Shown here: positions 1 to 8,385 of the stretch, one piece after another
Layout of the letters: each line of letters begins with the position of its first letter
Position numbering within the stretch: position 1 is the stretch's first letter
Source: Myxococcota bacterium
Lineage (GTDB): Bacteria > Myxococcota_A > UBA796 > GCA-2862545
Direction: 5' to 3'
DNA: 36,491 nt
Assembly: GCA_039208735.1 (NCBI GenBank)
Contig: JBCCQY010000089.1
Location: 1-36,491, forward strand
Position numbers and translations under genes: made by a program
Notes under the pieces: model-generated
Told to the model about the DNA's origin: nothing
Seen by the model: only the letters and a program-made list of their open reading frames with translations
Database searches by the model: none

Positions 1-1
1 C

Positions 2-496
2 ACGCCGCTCCAGAACCCCGACCAACTCAGGGCCGCCAACTTGGGTCACCGCTTCAACAACGGTCCGGGCAACCGCTCGAGGGGTCGATGCGTCCATCTC
101 GTCGACCTGGGCGACCAGTTGCGTGCGAAATGCATCGTCGAGCGTGTCGTTCGGGCCCCCATAGGCAAACTGGCCCGACCGCGCGAGGGCCGTTGCCGCC
201 TCGGCCCCGGTGATGGCATAGCTCTTGGCCAGATCGTTCCGCAGGGCGTCCGCCAAAGGGACCGACAGCCCTCCTCGCGCCTCGATCTGTGACGCCATGG
301 TGGTCTCCATGGCGTCCAGCTCGGAAAGGACGATGGTGGCCACCGCCGCTGGAGTCCGATCCGGCGATGCATCTACAGCCGCGATGATCTGGTCCCGACT
401 CGACTCGCTGAGCGGAAGCGGTTCGGGGTCAGCGAAGTACTTGATGCCCGCGATCGCGAACGCAGCCATCACCAGCACATAAAAGACTCGGTTCAT
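2..496 (-). CDS. N-terminal part of a membrane-anchored/exported hypothetical protein (runs off the window start)
   Basis: Not in the ORF track because there is no stop in the window. ATG at 496 follows GAGGAAGCG. The frame is open to the edge: MNRVFYVLVMAAFAIAGIKYFADPEPL... It has a hydrophobic N-terminus and an internal ~90-aa repeat. Confidence 0.75.
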   Translation of the reverse strand, partial: MNRVFYVLVMAAFAIAGIKYFADPEPLPLSESSRDQIIAAVDASPDRTPAAVATIVLSELDAMETTMASQIEARGGLSVPLADALRNDLAKSYAITGAEAATALARSGQFAYGGPNDTLDDAFRTQLVAQVDEMDASTPRAVARTVVEAVTQVGGPELVGVLERR

Positions 497-602
497 CGCT
501 TCCTCGGTCGACGGCCTGCAGTCTATGGCATCTCGGCTCCGTCGACCGGGTCCTGCACCTGCGCTGAGCGTTTGCCGCCCCTGAGAATATGTTTGGACTG
601 CG

Positions 603-1913
603 ATGCGCCGGTGGGGGGATTCGTTGCCGCGTCGGAATCGCCAGAAGTGGCACCGAGAGCGCCGACTCGCGGCCGAGGCAGCCAAGGCCCAGCGGCGCGA
701 GCGTCTTCGTGATTTGCGAGAGGCTCGGGCCGAAAGGGCTGCCCACGCAGACGCGGTGCTTCAGGGCGAACATCGTCGCGGGACCCCGCGTAGCGCCGCA
801 GAAGACCAAGAGCGGGTGTCCATCTCCAACCTGCTCGACCTCGCTGATGTGGATGTGAGCGTTCAACGGCGCGTTTTGCGGCTGCAAGACGCGATGTGGC
901 GGATCAGCCCTGGATCCACCTCGAGCGAGGATCTGCCTTGGCTGCTCCTCATCGCGAGGTGCCCTTGGGTGGGCACGCCCGAAACGTTCACCCCCCCTTC
1001 CCGATCCGTCCGTCGGAAACGCGAGGCGATGGCTCTGCACTTGCTCACGGCCTACCCCGTGCCGCGGTTTTTGGTACGCGCGCTGGAGATCGAGCCCCTC
1101 GCCGTCGCACGGGTTCCCGAAGAGGACGAATGGGCCGTGCGAATCCTGTCGCATGTGGGAAGGGGCGAGTCGCTGCGCAAGTTGGTGGGCACTCGCTGGT
1201 TGCCCGCTCCGCTCACCCGCGCGATGCAGCATCGCTTCTTGTCGATGCGGGTCGACACAACGCCCATCTTGGCCCTTCGCACAGCCCAAGTGGTGGGCTG
1301 GGGCGGTCGAGCGCCGTTCGCTCGCCGGCTCTGCCGAACCCGGCTCCAGTCCCTGCGGGGGCCCGATCCCGAGATCGGCGAGGGGTTCTGGCACCGCATC
1401 ATCGGCTGGTTGGCAGACAAACCCGATGCCTACATGCTCGAGACTGCGGTTCTCGACAGGATCCTCGCGTGGTTCGAACATCGCCAACGGGAGTCGCTCG
1501 GCCAGCCGTTGCGATTGAAGGGACGCACCCTTGCGACGGTGCTCGACGCCAGTGATCGGTGGTGGTCCGAAACGCAACGCATCGAGGCGTCAAAACCCTT
1601 CGCGCCGTCAGGCTTGGCCGCATTTGAGGAAGACGGTTGGTCGATCGTCGAAATCCGCTCGTACGAGGAACTCGCTCGTGAAGGGGAGATCATGCACCAC
1701 TGCGTGGCGTCCTACGAACGGCTGATCCAACGCGGCAAAGTCTCGATTTGGTCGCTGCGACTCGAGGGCGAGCGTGAAGCCACGATCGAGGTCGCGCTCG
1801 GCGCAGGCAAGGTGGTGCAGCTCAAGCAGGTCTGCAATCTGGCCGCGACCGCGGAACAACGGGCCGTGGCACGCCGATGGGCCGAACGGAACCGCCTCAC
1901 CATGTCGGCATGA
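603..1913 (+). CDS. PcfJ-like domain-containing protein
   Basis: 436-aa ORF. The C-terminal WSIVEIRSYEELAREGEIMHHCVASY...SIWSLR...ATIEV is the EG-x-x-M-x-HCV signature of PcfJ-like domains. Confidence 0.8.
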   Translation: MRRWGDSLPRRNRQKWHRERRLAAEAAKAQRRERLRDLREARAERAAHADAVLQGEHRRGTPRSAAEDQERVSISNLLDLADVDVSVQRRVLRLQDAMWRISPGSTSSEDLPWLLLIARCPWVGTPETFTPPSRSVRRKREAMALHLLTAYPVPRFLVRALEIEPLAVARVPEEDEWAVRILSHVGRGESLRKLVGTRWLPAPLTRAMQHRFLSMRVDTTPILALRTAQVVGWGGRAPFARRLCRTRLQSLRGPDPEIGEGFWHRIIGWLADKPDAYMLETAVLDRILAWFEHRQRESLGQPLRLKGRTLATVLDASDRWWSETQRIEASKPFAPSGLAAFEEDGWSIVEIRSYEELAREGEIMHHCVASYERLIQRGKVSIWSLRLEGEREATIEVALGAGKVVQLKQVCNLAATAEQRAVARRWAERNRLTMSA

Positions 1914-1941
1914 GCCGTCCTTGCGGAGCGCGGGAGGTACC

Positions 1942-3219
1942 ATGCCGGCCATGTCGCTTTTGCTTCTGACCACGTTGGCCTTCGCAAACCCCGCCGATCC
2001 GGCACCTTCGACAGATGTTCCAGCCGAGGAACGCGACGACGATCAGCCCTGGAGGCGAGTCGGGTGGGGCTTCGGGGCGGTTCCGGCCGTCAATTTCAAC
2101 ACCGACGATGGATTTGGGTTTGGCGCGGTGGCCTCGATCTACCGCTATGACGGCCAAACCTCGCCATACCGCACCGCGTTGACCGTCATCCTGTTTGCCA
2201 CGACAAAAGCGGTGCAGGACCATTCGATCCGGCTTGACGCGCTTCGGGTGGGCAATTTGCCACTTCGCCTGAACGGACGCCTCACCTTTCGCGCCTATCG
2301 CTCGGACAACTTCTGCGGCTTTGGAAACGCCGTGACGTGTGACCCTGCGGTTCCCGAAGCGTTGCTCCCGGAACTGAACCTGCCGGACGAAGAGGCGGAA
2401 GAAGACTTTCTTCGTAGGTATTACCTCACGCGCTACATCAACCCGAACGTCGACATGATCGGGCGATGGGAAGTCGATCCCATGCCCCACCGCTTCGAGG
2501 TGATCGGCGCGATCCGAGCCCTCACCCTGCGACCGGGCGACTTCCAGACGGCCACGCCCTACCCCAACAGCCTCTACGCCGAGGTCTTTCCCGAAGGCGA
2601 ACGAGGTTTCTTGGGCGTCATCCAAGCGGGCGTGATGCTTGACAATCGCGACAATGAGCCTGCGCCCATCCGCGGCTATTGGCTCGAAGGTTCGATTCGA
2701 GGCGCATCGAGGCTTTGGGGCAGCGATTGGGACTTCTTCGGGTTCAACGTGACCTCACGCACCTACGTTCCTCTCGGAACCGACCGGCTGGTGTGGGCCA
2801 ACCGGGTCGTCGTGGATGGAAAAGCCACGAACTCCCTTCCCATCCTCGAACTCGCCATGCCGGGCGGGACCCAACGCTACTTCACCTTCGGCTGGCTCAA
2901 CGCGGGTCGCGGCATTCGCCAAAAGCGCTTCATCGGAGAAGCGTTGGTCATGGAGCAAGCCGAGCTTCGGTGGACGGCCCTTCCTCTCAAGGTGGCCCGC
3001 ATTCCCGTCGACATCGGCGTCCTGGGCTTCGTCGACCTCGGGTTTGTGGGCGCGGACCTTAGCGAGTTCGGCACCATGTTCGACACCCCGTTGGTGGGCA
3101 CGGGGGGCGGCTTGCGAGTCGCCGTCGACAAGAACTTCATCATTCGGGCCGACGTGGGCGTCTCCCCGACGGAAAACTATGCTCCCCGCGTCTATATCGA
3201 CCTGAACAATACGTTCTGA
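1942..3219 (+). CDS. Omp85 (BamA/TamA-family) outer-membrane beta-barrel protein without obvious POTRA domains
   Basis: GGAGG RBS before ATG 1942, then a signal peptide (MPAMSLLLLTTLAFA). Barrel motifs are PAVNFNTDDGFGFG, DNRDNEPAPIRG and GTGGGLR, ending in YIDLNNTF with a terminal Phe. Confidence 0.8.
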   Translation: MPAMSLLLLTTLAFANPADPAPSTDVPAEERDDDQPWRRVGWGFGAVPAVNFNTDDGFGFGAVASIYRYDGQTSPYRTALTVILFATTKAVQDHSIRLDALRVGNLPLRLNGRLTFRAYRSDNFCGFGNAVTCDPAVPEALLPELNLPDEEAEEDFLRRYYLTRYINPNVDMIGRWEVDPMPHRFEVIGAIRALTLRPGDFQTATPYPNSLYAEVFPEGERGFLGVIQAGVMLDNRDNEPAPIRGYWLEGSIRGASRLWGSDWDFFGFNVTSRTYVPLGTDRLVWANRVVVDGKATNSLPILELAMPGGTQRYFTFGWLNAGRGIRQKRFIGEALVMEQAELRWTALPLKVARIPVDIGVLGFVDLGFVGADLSEFGTMFDTPLVGTGGGLRVAVDKNFIIRADVGVSPTENYAPRVYIDLNNTF

Positions 3220-3329
3220 CTCACAGCGACCTGACGGGTTGCGCCCAACTGTCACGGAACGTCTTGGACTCGAAGGAACCCCTCGCTCTGCCGTCCCAGA
3301 ATCACAAAGGCAGTCACCGTGGAGGGAAC

Positions 3330-3869
3330 ATGACCCGCCTTCGAAATTGGCTACTGGCCGCGGTTGTGGGTGGACTCTTCGTCGCCAGTCCCGCCTTCGC
3401 AGGCCCCTACCGAGGCGGGTCGCTCCGACACGTCGTCCAGCAGCAAGAGGCCGAGATCGCCCGGCTCGTCGCGGAGCGCAACACTGCCCAGGCCCAGGTC
3501 GCCCAGCTGCAGCGTCGCGTCGCACAGTCGCCTACGCCGGGACAGTGGGCCAATGCTCAGTCCCAGATCGCAAGCCTCGAGCGACAGTTGGTCGAAGCCC
3601 GGCGCTTCCGTGGCCAGCACCTCGTCCAGAAGATCGACCGGCTTCGCGGAGAACTCGAGCTGACCCAGGCGCAGCTCGTGAGCACCGAAGCGCGGCTTGC
3701 GGAAGCCGAGCAGACCGCCACTCGTCGACGGCGCCGCGTTGAGCGCCTGCGGAACGAGCTGTACGCGGCAGAGGCCCGTATCGCACGCCTCGAGACACGG
3801 TTGGGTGTGCGAGCGACGAAGGTCGAGGGCCGCAGCCGCGGGCGACGGGTGGTCGTCGTCGACGACTAA
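3330..3869 (+). CDS. Exported coiled-coil hypothetical protein
   Basis: GGAGG RBS before ATG 3330, signal peptide ending ASPAFA, then heptad-rich Q/E/R/L/A helical sequence. Confidence 0.7.
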   Translation: MTRLRNWLLAAVVGGLFVASPAFAGPYRGGSLRHVVQQQEAEIARLVAERNTAQAQVAQLQRRVAQSPTPGQWANAQSQIASLERQLVEARRFRGQHLVQKIDRLRGELELTQAQLVSTEARLAEAEQTATRRRRRVERLRNELYAAEARIARLETRLGVRATKVEGRSRGRRVVVVDD

Positions 3870-5803
3870 GGCGGCGGGGCCGGCGGTCTCGCACCCACGC
3901 CCAGCCGAATCGCCGTTTGCCCCAGGAACGTTTGCGCGCGCGTTCGCCACTCGGCGAGGGCGCGCTCGTAGTTTCCACGTGCCGACTTGAAGCGCCGAGC
4001 TGCATCCGCGATCTTGTCGGACCGCGGATCGGTCGACGGAATCGCCCGCATGGTGGCCAAGTAGTCATTGAGGAACCGCTCGCTTTCGCGCATGCGAGCC
4101 GGCTCCTCCCGCATCGAGACCCACCGGCGATGACTCGCGTAGAGCTCCTGTCCCATCGACCCAATGAGCACATCGTGGTCGCGGATCGTCTGGTAGAACT
4201 GCGCCCGCGAATCGTTGGCACGTCGCGCCGCACTGCCGAGCTGCATGCTGGAGGTGGCGACCAGCGTCGCCATACCCAACAACGCAAGGGCGGCGAAGCT
4301 CATGCCGGCCAGGCCTCCCAGCAGCAACCAGCGCCCCAACGCCCCCCGGGTCTTCGGGCGACGCAGGGTGAGGTCAGAACTGTGCCGACGCTCTTCATCG
4401 TGGAGGATGGCATCGGCATCTACACCAGAGACCGAGGCATCGGCGCCCGCGGGCAGGGTGGCGGCCATGGAGGGCTCGACGAGTTGCGATGGCGCACCCA
4501 ACAACTCGGGCGACCCCTGCGGCGTCACAACCACAGATTCGGCAGAACGCTCCAGTTCGGCAAGCCGCTCGGCTTCTCCTTCATCGGCGTAGTCCGGCAA
4601 CGTTTCGGGATTGAAGGTCTCGGGCGGCTCCCACCCCTTGCGTTCGTGGATCTCGTTCGTCGGCATGACGTACGGGAGCCCGGCCACATCAGGTTCGGGA
4701 GCGGATGTTTCGGGACGGCCGAGTTCGGCCAACGCTTCGGGTGCCTCGCCGGCTTGGGTCGCCGCGTCCTCTTCGTCCTCTTCGGCCGCATCCTGCATGT
4801 GCTGGGCTCGCTGCCACACCACATCCATCGTGTCGGTCACGTGGTTGTTCGAGGGCTCCCGTGCCACCGCCGCGGCGGCGAGAGCGGCCGGGCTCCGCCG
4901 GTCGAGGATCGCTTCCAATTCAGGGAAATCGGGTGCAACCGGCAACGCCAGCTCATGGGCCGGTCCCTTCAAGGGGCGGCTACCCGCGGGATCTGAGCCT
5001 ACGGACCGCCCCGCGCGCAACAGCGCCTCGGCAACCTGACGCGCATGGCGAGGGCGCGTTTTGGGGTCCTGCGCACAACACCGCCGAATCACTTCGGTGA
5101 GTGCCTTGGGAAGGCCATCGAAGACCTTGTCGTCGGACTCCGCCTCGAACAGGAAGTCTGGCGGCGTCTTCGCGGTGAGCAAAGCGAACAGGGTGGCGCC
5201 CACCCCGTACAGATCGGATGCCACCGTGCGACGACCCGGATCGCGACGCTGTTCAGGCGCGACGTAGCCAATCTCGTCCAAGCGAAGCGCAGAACCACCC
5301 GCCACCCAACGCAAGCTTGGCTCCGACAGGGTGATCGCCCCATCCTCGGCCACGTGCAGCCGCTCGGGATGAACATCGGAGTGCGCAAGCCGCACCTCGT
5401 GCAGCGCCTGCAACCCGTCAAGCGCTTGACGCATGACCGCGATGCTCTGTCGCGGGGTGAGGGGCCCATGCTGGGCAAGATGCTCAAGTAGCGAGGGTCC
5501 GTAATGGTCCTCGACCACCGCCCACGGGAGCGCGCCTTCGGGCTGGACATCGACCACCCGCACGACGTGCCGATGGTTGAAAGCCACCAAACGGCTCGCC
5601 TGCTTGACGAACAATTCTCGAATCTTCGGGTGGTTCGCGTAGCGGGGAGCGAGTACCTGTACGGCTCGGAACAGGCCCAATCGCTCGTCATACGCCCGGT
5701 ACGTACGTACCACGACGTCCTCATCGATGGCCTGAACCACGCGGTACCGTCCCTCGGCGAGCGACGGTGCATGTTGGCGAATTTGGTCGGGCAGGCCCGT
5801 CAT
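3866..5803 (-). CDS. Membrane-anchored Hanks-type Ser/Thr kinase-like protein with degenerate catalytic motifs (probable pseudokinase)
   Basis: Kinase fold is recognisable (GRYRVV, H-x-x-VV, GYVAPEQ, SDLYGVG), but the Gly-loop, VAIK lysine, HRDxKPxN and DFG are substituted. An acidic linker and a TM segment (WLLLGGLAGMSFAALALLGMATLVA) follow. Confidence 0.8.
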   Translation of the reverse strand: MTGLPDQIRQHAPSLAEGRYRVVQAIDEDVVVRTYRAYDERLGLFRAVQVLAPRYANHPKIRELFVKQASRLVAFNHRHVVRVVDVQPEGALPWAVVEDHYGPSLLEHLAQHGPLTPRQSIAVMRQALDGLQALHEVRLAHSDVHPERLHVAEDGAITLSEPSLRWVAGGSALRLDEIGYVAPEQRRDPGRRTVASDLYGVGATLFALLTAKTPPDFLFEAESDDKVFDGLPKALTEVIRRCCAQDPKTRPRHARQVAEALLRAGRSVGSDPAGSRPLKGPAHELALPVAPDFPELEAILDRRSPAALAAAAVAREPSNNHVTDTMDVVWQRAQHMQDAAEEDEEDAATQAGEAPEALAELGRPETSAPEPDVAGLPYVMPTNEIHERKGWEPPETFNPETLPDYADEGEAERLAELERSAESVVVTPQGSPELLGAPSQLVEPSMAATLPAGADASVSGVDADAILHDEERRHSSDLTLRRPKTRGALGRWLLLGGLAGMSFAALALLGMATLVATSSMQLGSAARRANDSRAQFYQTIRDHDVLIGSMGQELYASHRRWVSMREEPARMRESERFLNDYLATMRAIPSTDPRSDKIADAARRFKSARGNYERALAEWRTRAQTFLGQTAIRLGVGARPPAPPP

Positions 5804-5829
5804 GGCCCACGCCTAACCTGGGCCCCCGG

Positions 5830-6645
5830 TCAGTTCCCTTCAAAGGAGGGTTCGGTCTTGGTCACGAACGCCTGCATGGCACGGCCCAAGTCCTGGTTCA
5901 TGAGGTGGGCGGTATTCCATGCGGCAACGTACGCGAGCGATCGATCGATCTCGTGTCGGGCCTGTTCGACCATGACCGCCTTGGACCCCTGCACCGCCAG
6001 CGGAGCCCGCGACGCGATCTCGGTGGCAAGGGCGTGGGCGCCCGCGAGCATCGCATCCTGATCGCTGAAGACCTGCTGGACGAGCCCGGCCCGTTCCGCC
6101 TCCGCCGCTGGCACATCGCGTGCGGTGAAGACCCAGTTTCGGGCCCGGCCTTCGCCGATGATGCGGGGCAGACGCTGGAGGGTGCCGAGATCGGCCACGA
6201 TGCCCACGCGCGCCTCGCGAACGCTGAAGTAGGCATCTTCGGACGCCACACAGAGATCACAGGCCGTCACGAGGTCGACCCCGCCTCCGACGCACGCGCC
6301 ATGGACCGCCGCCACGATGGGCACCCGACACCGAGCCACACTGGTGATCGCGTACTGAAGCTGCTCGATGAACCGATGCAACGCCGCCCGCTTCGCTCCA
6401 TCGGGCGGCTCCGGCTGCAAGCTGACGGGCATTTTCGGCACCATCGCCATCAGATCGAGGCCTGCACTGAAGCTCTTGCCCTCCGCCTTGAGGATCACGA
6501 CGCGAACACCTTCGGCCGCATCAATCTGATGAATGCGGGCCGGGAGTTCTTCGAAGAACGCCGGACCCATCGCGTTGCGACGCTCCGGTACGTTCATCGT
6601 CAGCGTGGCAATCGCCCCTTCAATGTGGAGTTCGACGGCAGCCAT
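5830..6645 (-). CDS. Crotonase/enoyl-CoA hydratase family protein, delta3,5-delta2,4-dienoyl-CoA isomerase (ECH1)-like
   Basis: Motifs FSAGLDL, HGACVGGGVDL and REARVGIVADLGTLQRL (ECH1-type Glu/Asp pair). AGGAG RBS before ATG 6645. Confidence 0.88.
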   Translation of the reverse strand: MAAVELHIEGAIATLTMNVPERRNAMGPAFFEELPARIHQIDAAEGVRVVILKAEGKSFSAGLDLMAMVPKMPVSLQPEPPDGAKRAALHRFIEQLQYAITSVARCRVPIVAAVHGACVGGGVDLVTACDLCVASEDAYFSVREARVGIVADLGTLQRLPRIIGEGRARNWVFTARDVPAAEAERAGLVQQVFSDQDAMLAGAHALATEIASRAPLAVQGSKAVMVEQARHEIDRSLAYVAAWNTAHLMNQDLGRAMQAFVTKTEPSFEGN

Positions 6646-6697
6646 GGCAGCTCCTATGACGGTGGAGTGTCCAGCCTGGGCCGCGTGAAGGCGTACG

Positions 6698-7180
6698 TCA
6701 AGGCTCGTTCGCGAGGCGATCAAGAGCCGCATCGGTCAACCGAAACGTCGTCCACTCTTCGAGCGGGGTAGCGCCCAGCGACCGGTAGAACGCAATCGCG
6801 GGCGTGTTCCAATCGAGTACCGCCCACTCGAGCCGTTTGCCTCCGCGCAGGCGGGTTTCGGCCGCCAGTCGAGCCAACAGGGCCCGCCCGACGCCGCGAC
6901 CGCGGTACGCCGGCAAAACGAAGAGATCTTCGAGGTGAATGCCTCGACACCCTCGCCATGTGCTGTACGTCTCGAACCACAGCGCAAAGCCCACCGGCTG
7001 GCCATCCAGTTCGGCGATGAAGCAGAAAAAGGGCGGATCGTCGGATGCGATCTGCGCCCGGAGGGTGGCTGCGTCCACCTCTACCGCATCGGGCTCGCGC
7101 TCGTACGTCGCCAGGGCCTCGATGAAGGACAGCAACGTCTCGGCGTCGTCGGGACGTGCCCATCTTAGATTCAGCGTCAT
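6698..7180 (-). CDS. GNAT N-acetyltransferase (diamine/spermidine acetyltransferase-like)
   Basis: Motifs LATYE, YSTWRG, LEDLFVLPAYRGRGVG and VLDWNTPAIAFY. Start placed at ATG 7180 after GAGG, since the longer ORF in the track overlaps the next gene. Confidence 0.9.
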   Translation of the reverse strand: MTLNLRWARPDDAETLLSFIEALATYEREPDAVEVDAATLRAQIASDDPPFFCFIAELDGQPVGFALWFETYSTWRGCRGIHLEDLFVLPAYRGRGVGRALLARLAAETRLRGGKRLEWAVLDWNTPAIAFYRSLGATPLEEWTTFRLTDAALDRLANEP

Positions 7181-7190
7181 GACCTCGATG

Positions 7191-8366
7191 CTACGCGATC
7201 GACGTGAGGTCGTCCCGCCACAATGAAAAGCGGGTGCCCCATCCCAGAGCGGCCACCTCGACCGCCACCTCGGGCAGCGCTTCCTCGGGAGATCGCGCGG
7301 CCGCCTGGGCCATCCACAGGATGGTGCCCACATCAATGCCCGCGGGCCGCTCCGAGGGTGCGCGATGGTGGTCGGCCACTCCTTCCACCAGCGAACGCTC
7401 GAACGACCACAGGTGCAGCAAGGCAGCCCCAACCGTCGCATGCGTGTTTCCGTGCCGTTCGGCTTCGACCACGTCGAGGGGCTGGCCCGAGCGCTCCGCG
7501 AGGCGACGATCTTGGGCAAGCCGAGCGGGATCGCGATCCGCCAGCACGAGCTGCCCCACGTCATGGACCACGCCCGCGAAGTACGCCGTTTCGGCGAGTT
7601 CAGGTGCGACATCCTGACCGATCCGCAGCGCAATCCTCGCGACCTGAAAACTGTGCCGGGCCAGCTGTTCGGCCGTGATGCCCGAAGCGGTGGGCACCGA
7701 AAACCGCTTGGCAATCTCCGCATCAAGCACCAAGGCCTGGAGCGTTCGGACCCCGAGGCGTGCCACCGCCTCCTCCAACGTCTTGATGCGTCGGCCTCCG
7801 CCGTAGAACACGGAGCTGGCAATGCGAAGGACCCGCGCGGATACGGCAGGGTCACGGGCCACCACATCCGCGAGATCCCGGACTCGAGCTGTCGGATCAC
7901 GGGCAATCATGCGTAGCTTTGGAGCGATTTCAGGAGCCGACGGAAGGTCACGTGCGCCAAACACAATGCGGCGCAGCTCTTCAGAGCTGATCCACGCTCG
8001 AGCGGTCAGGGCATCCTCGATGGTGGCGAGCAACGCTCGGGGATCCGTCTCCTTGCTCACGATCCGGTGCGCCACGGCAGACATCTCGGGATCGCCGCAG
8101 GCCTCCTCTGAGGCGGTAAACACCACCCGCAGCATGTCCGGCCAGCGACGCCCCAGTTCCGAGAGCAACGCAAGCCCATCGTGCGTGCCGACCTGAACAT
8201 CCGACACCACGACGTCCGCAGCTCGTGTGCTCAGCGCGACAAACACTTCGGCAGGCGTCGAAGCCACGACGACGGCCCAATCCGGGCGGGTGTGGCGCAA
8301 CGCCCGACGCACCGCCCGGAGCACCAACGGATCATCGTCGATCAGCAAGACGTGGGGACCCGGCAT
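7191..8366 (-). CDS. Response regulator, REC + HDOD domains
   Basis: REC: LLIDDD, VVSD (phospho-Asp), FTA, SK. HDOD: LPSAP, DPAVSARVLRIASS, AVARLG, AGVVHDVG, HATVGAALLHLW. Confidence 0.88.
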   Translation of the reverse strand: MPGPHVLLIDDDPLVLRAVRRALRHTRPDWAVVVASTPAEVFVALSTRAADVVVSDVQVGTHDGLALLSELGRRWPDMLRVVFTASEEACGDPEMSAVAHRIVSKETDPRALLATIEDALTARAWISSEELRRIVFGARDLPSAPEIAPKLRMIARDPTARVRDLADVVARDPAVSARVLRIASSVFYGGGRRIKTLEEAVARLGVRTLQALVLDAEIAKRFSVPTASGITAEQLARHSFQVARIALRIGQDVAPELAETAYFAGVVHDVGQLVLADRDPARLAQDRRLAERSGQPLDVVEAERHGNTHATVGAALLHLWSFERSLVEGVADHHRAPSERPAGIDVGTILWMAQAAARSPEEALPEVAVEVAALGWGTRFSLWRDDLTSIA

Positions 8367-8385
8367 GCCCCTTCATCGACCAATG

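Noticed and set aside
429..1577. Long antisense/alternative-frame ORFs (e.g. 429-1577, 3917-4996, 18520-19809, 24940-26451, 30709-31578)
   Set aside because: Shadow ORFs typical of high-GC DNA. They have no recognisable motifs and lie opposite well-supported genes.
7181..7906. N-terminal extension of the GNAT ORF (6698-7906 in the track)
   Set aside because: It overlaps the REC-HDOD gene in another frame. GNAT similarity begins at ATG 7180, which has its own RBS.
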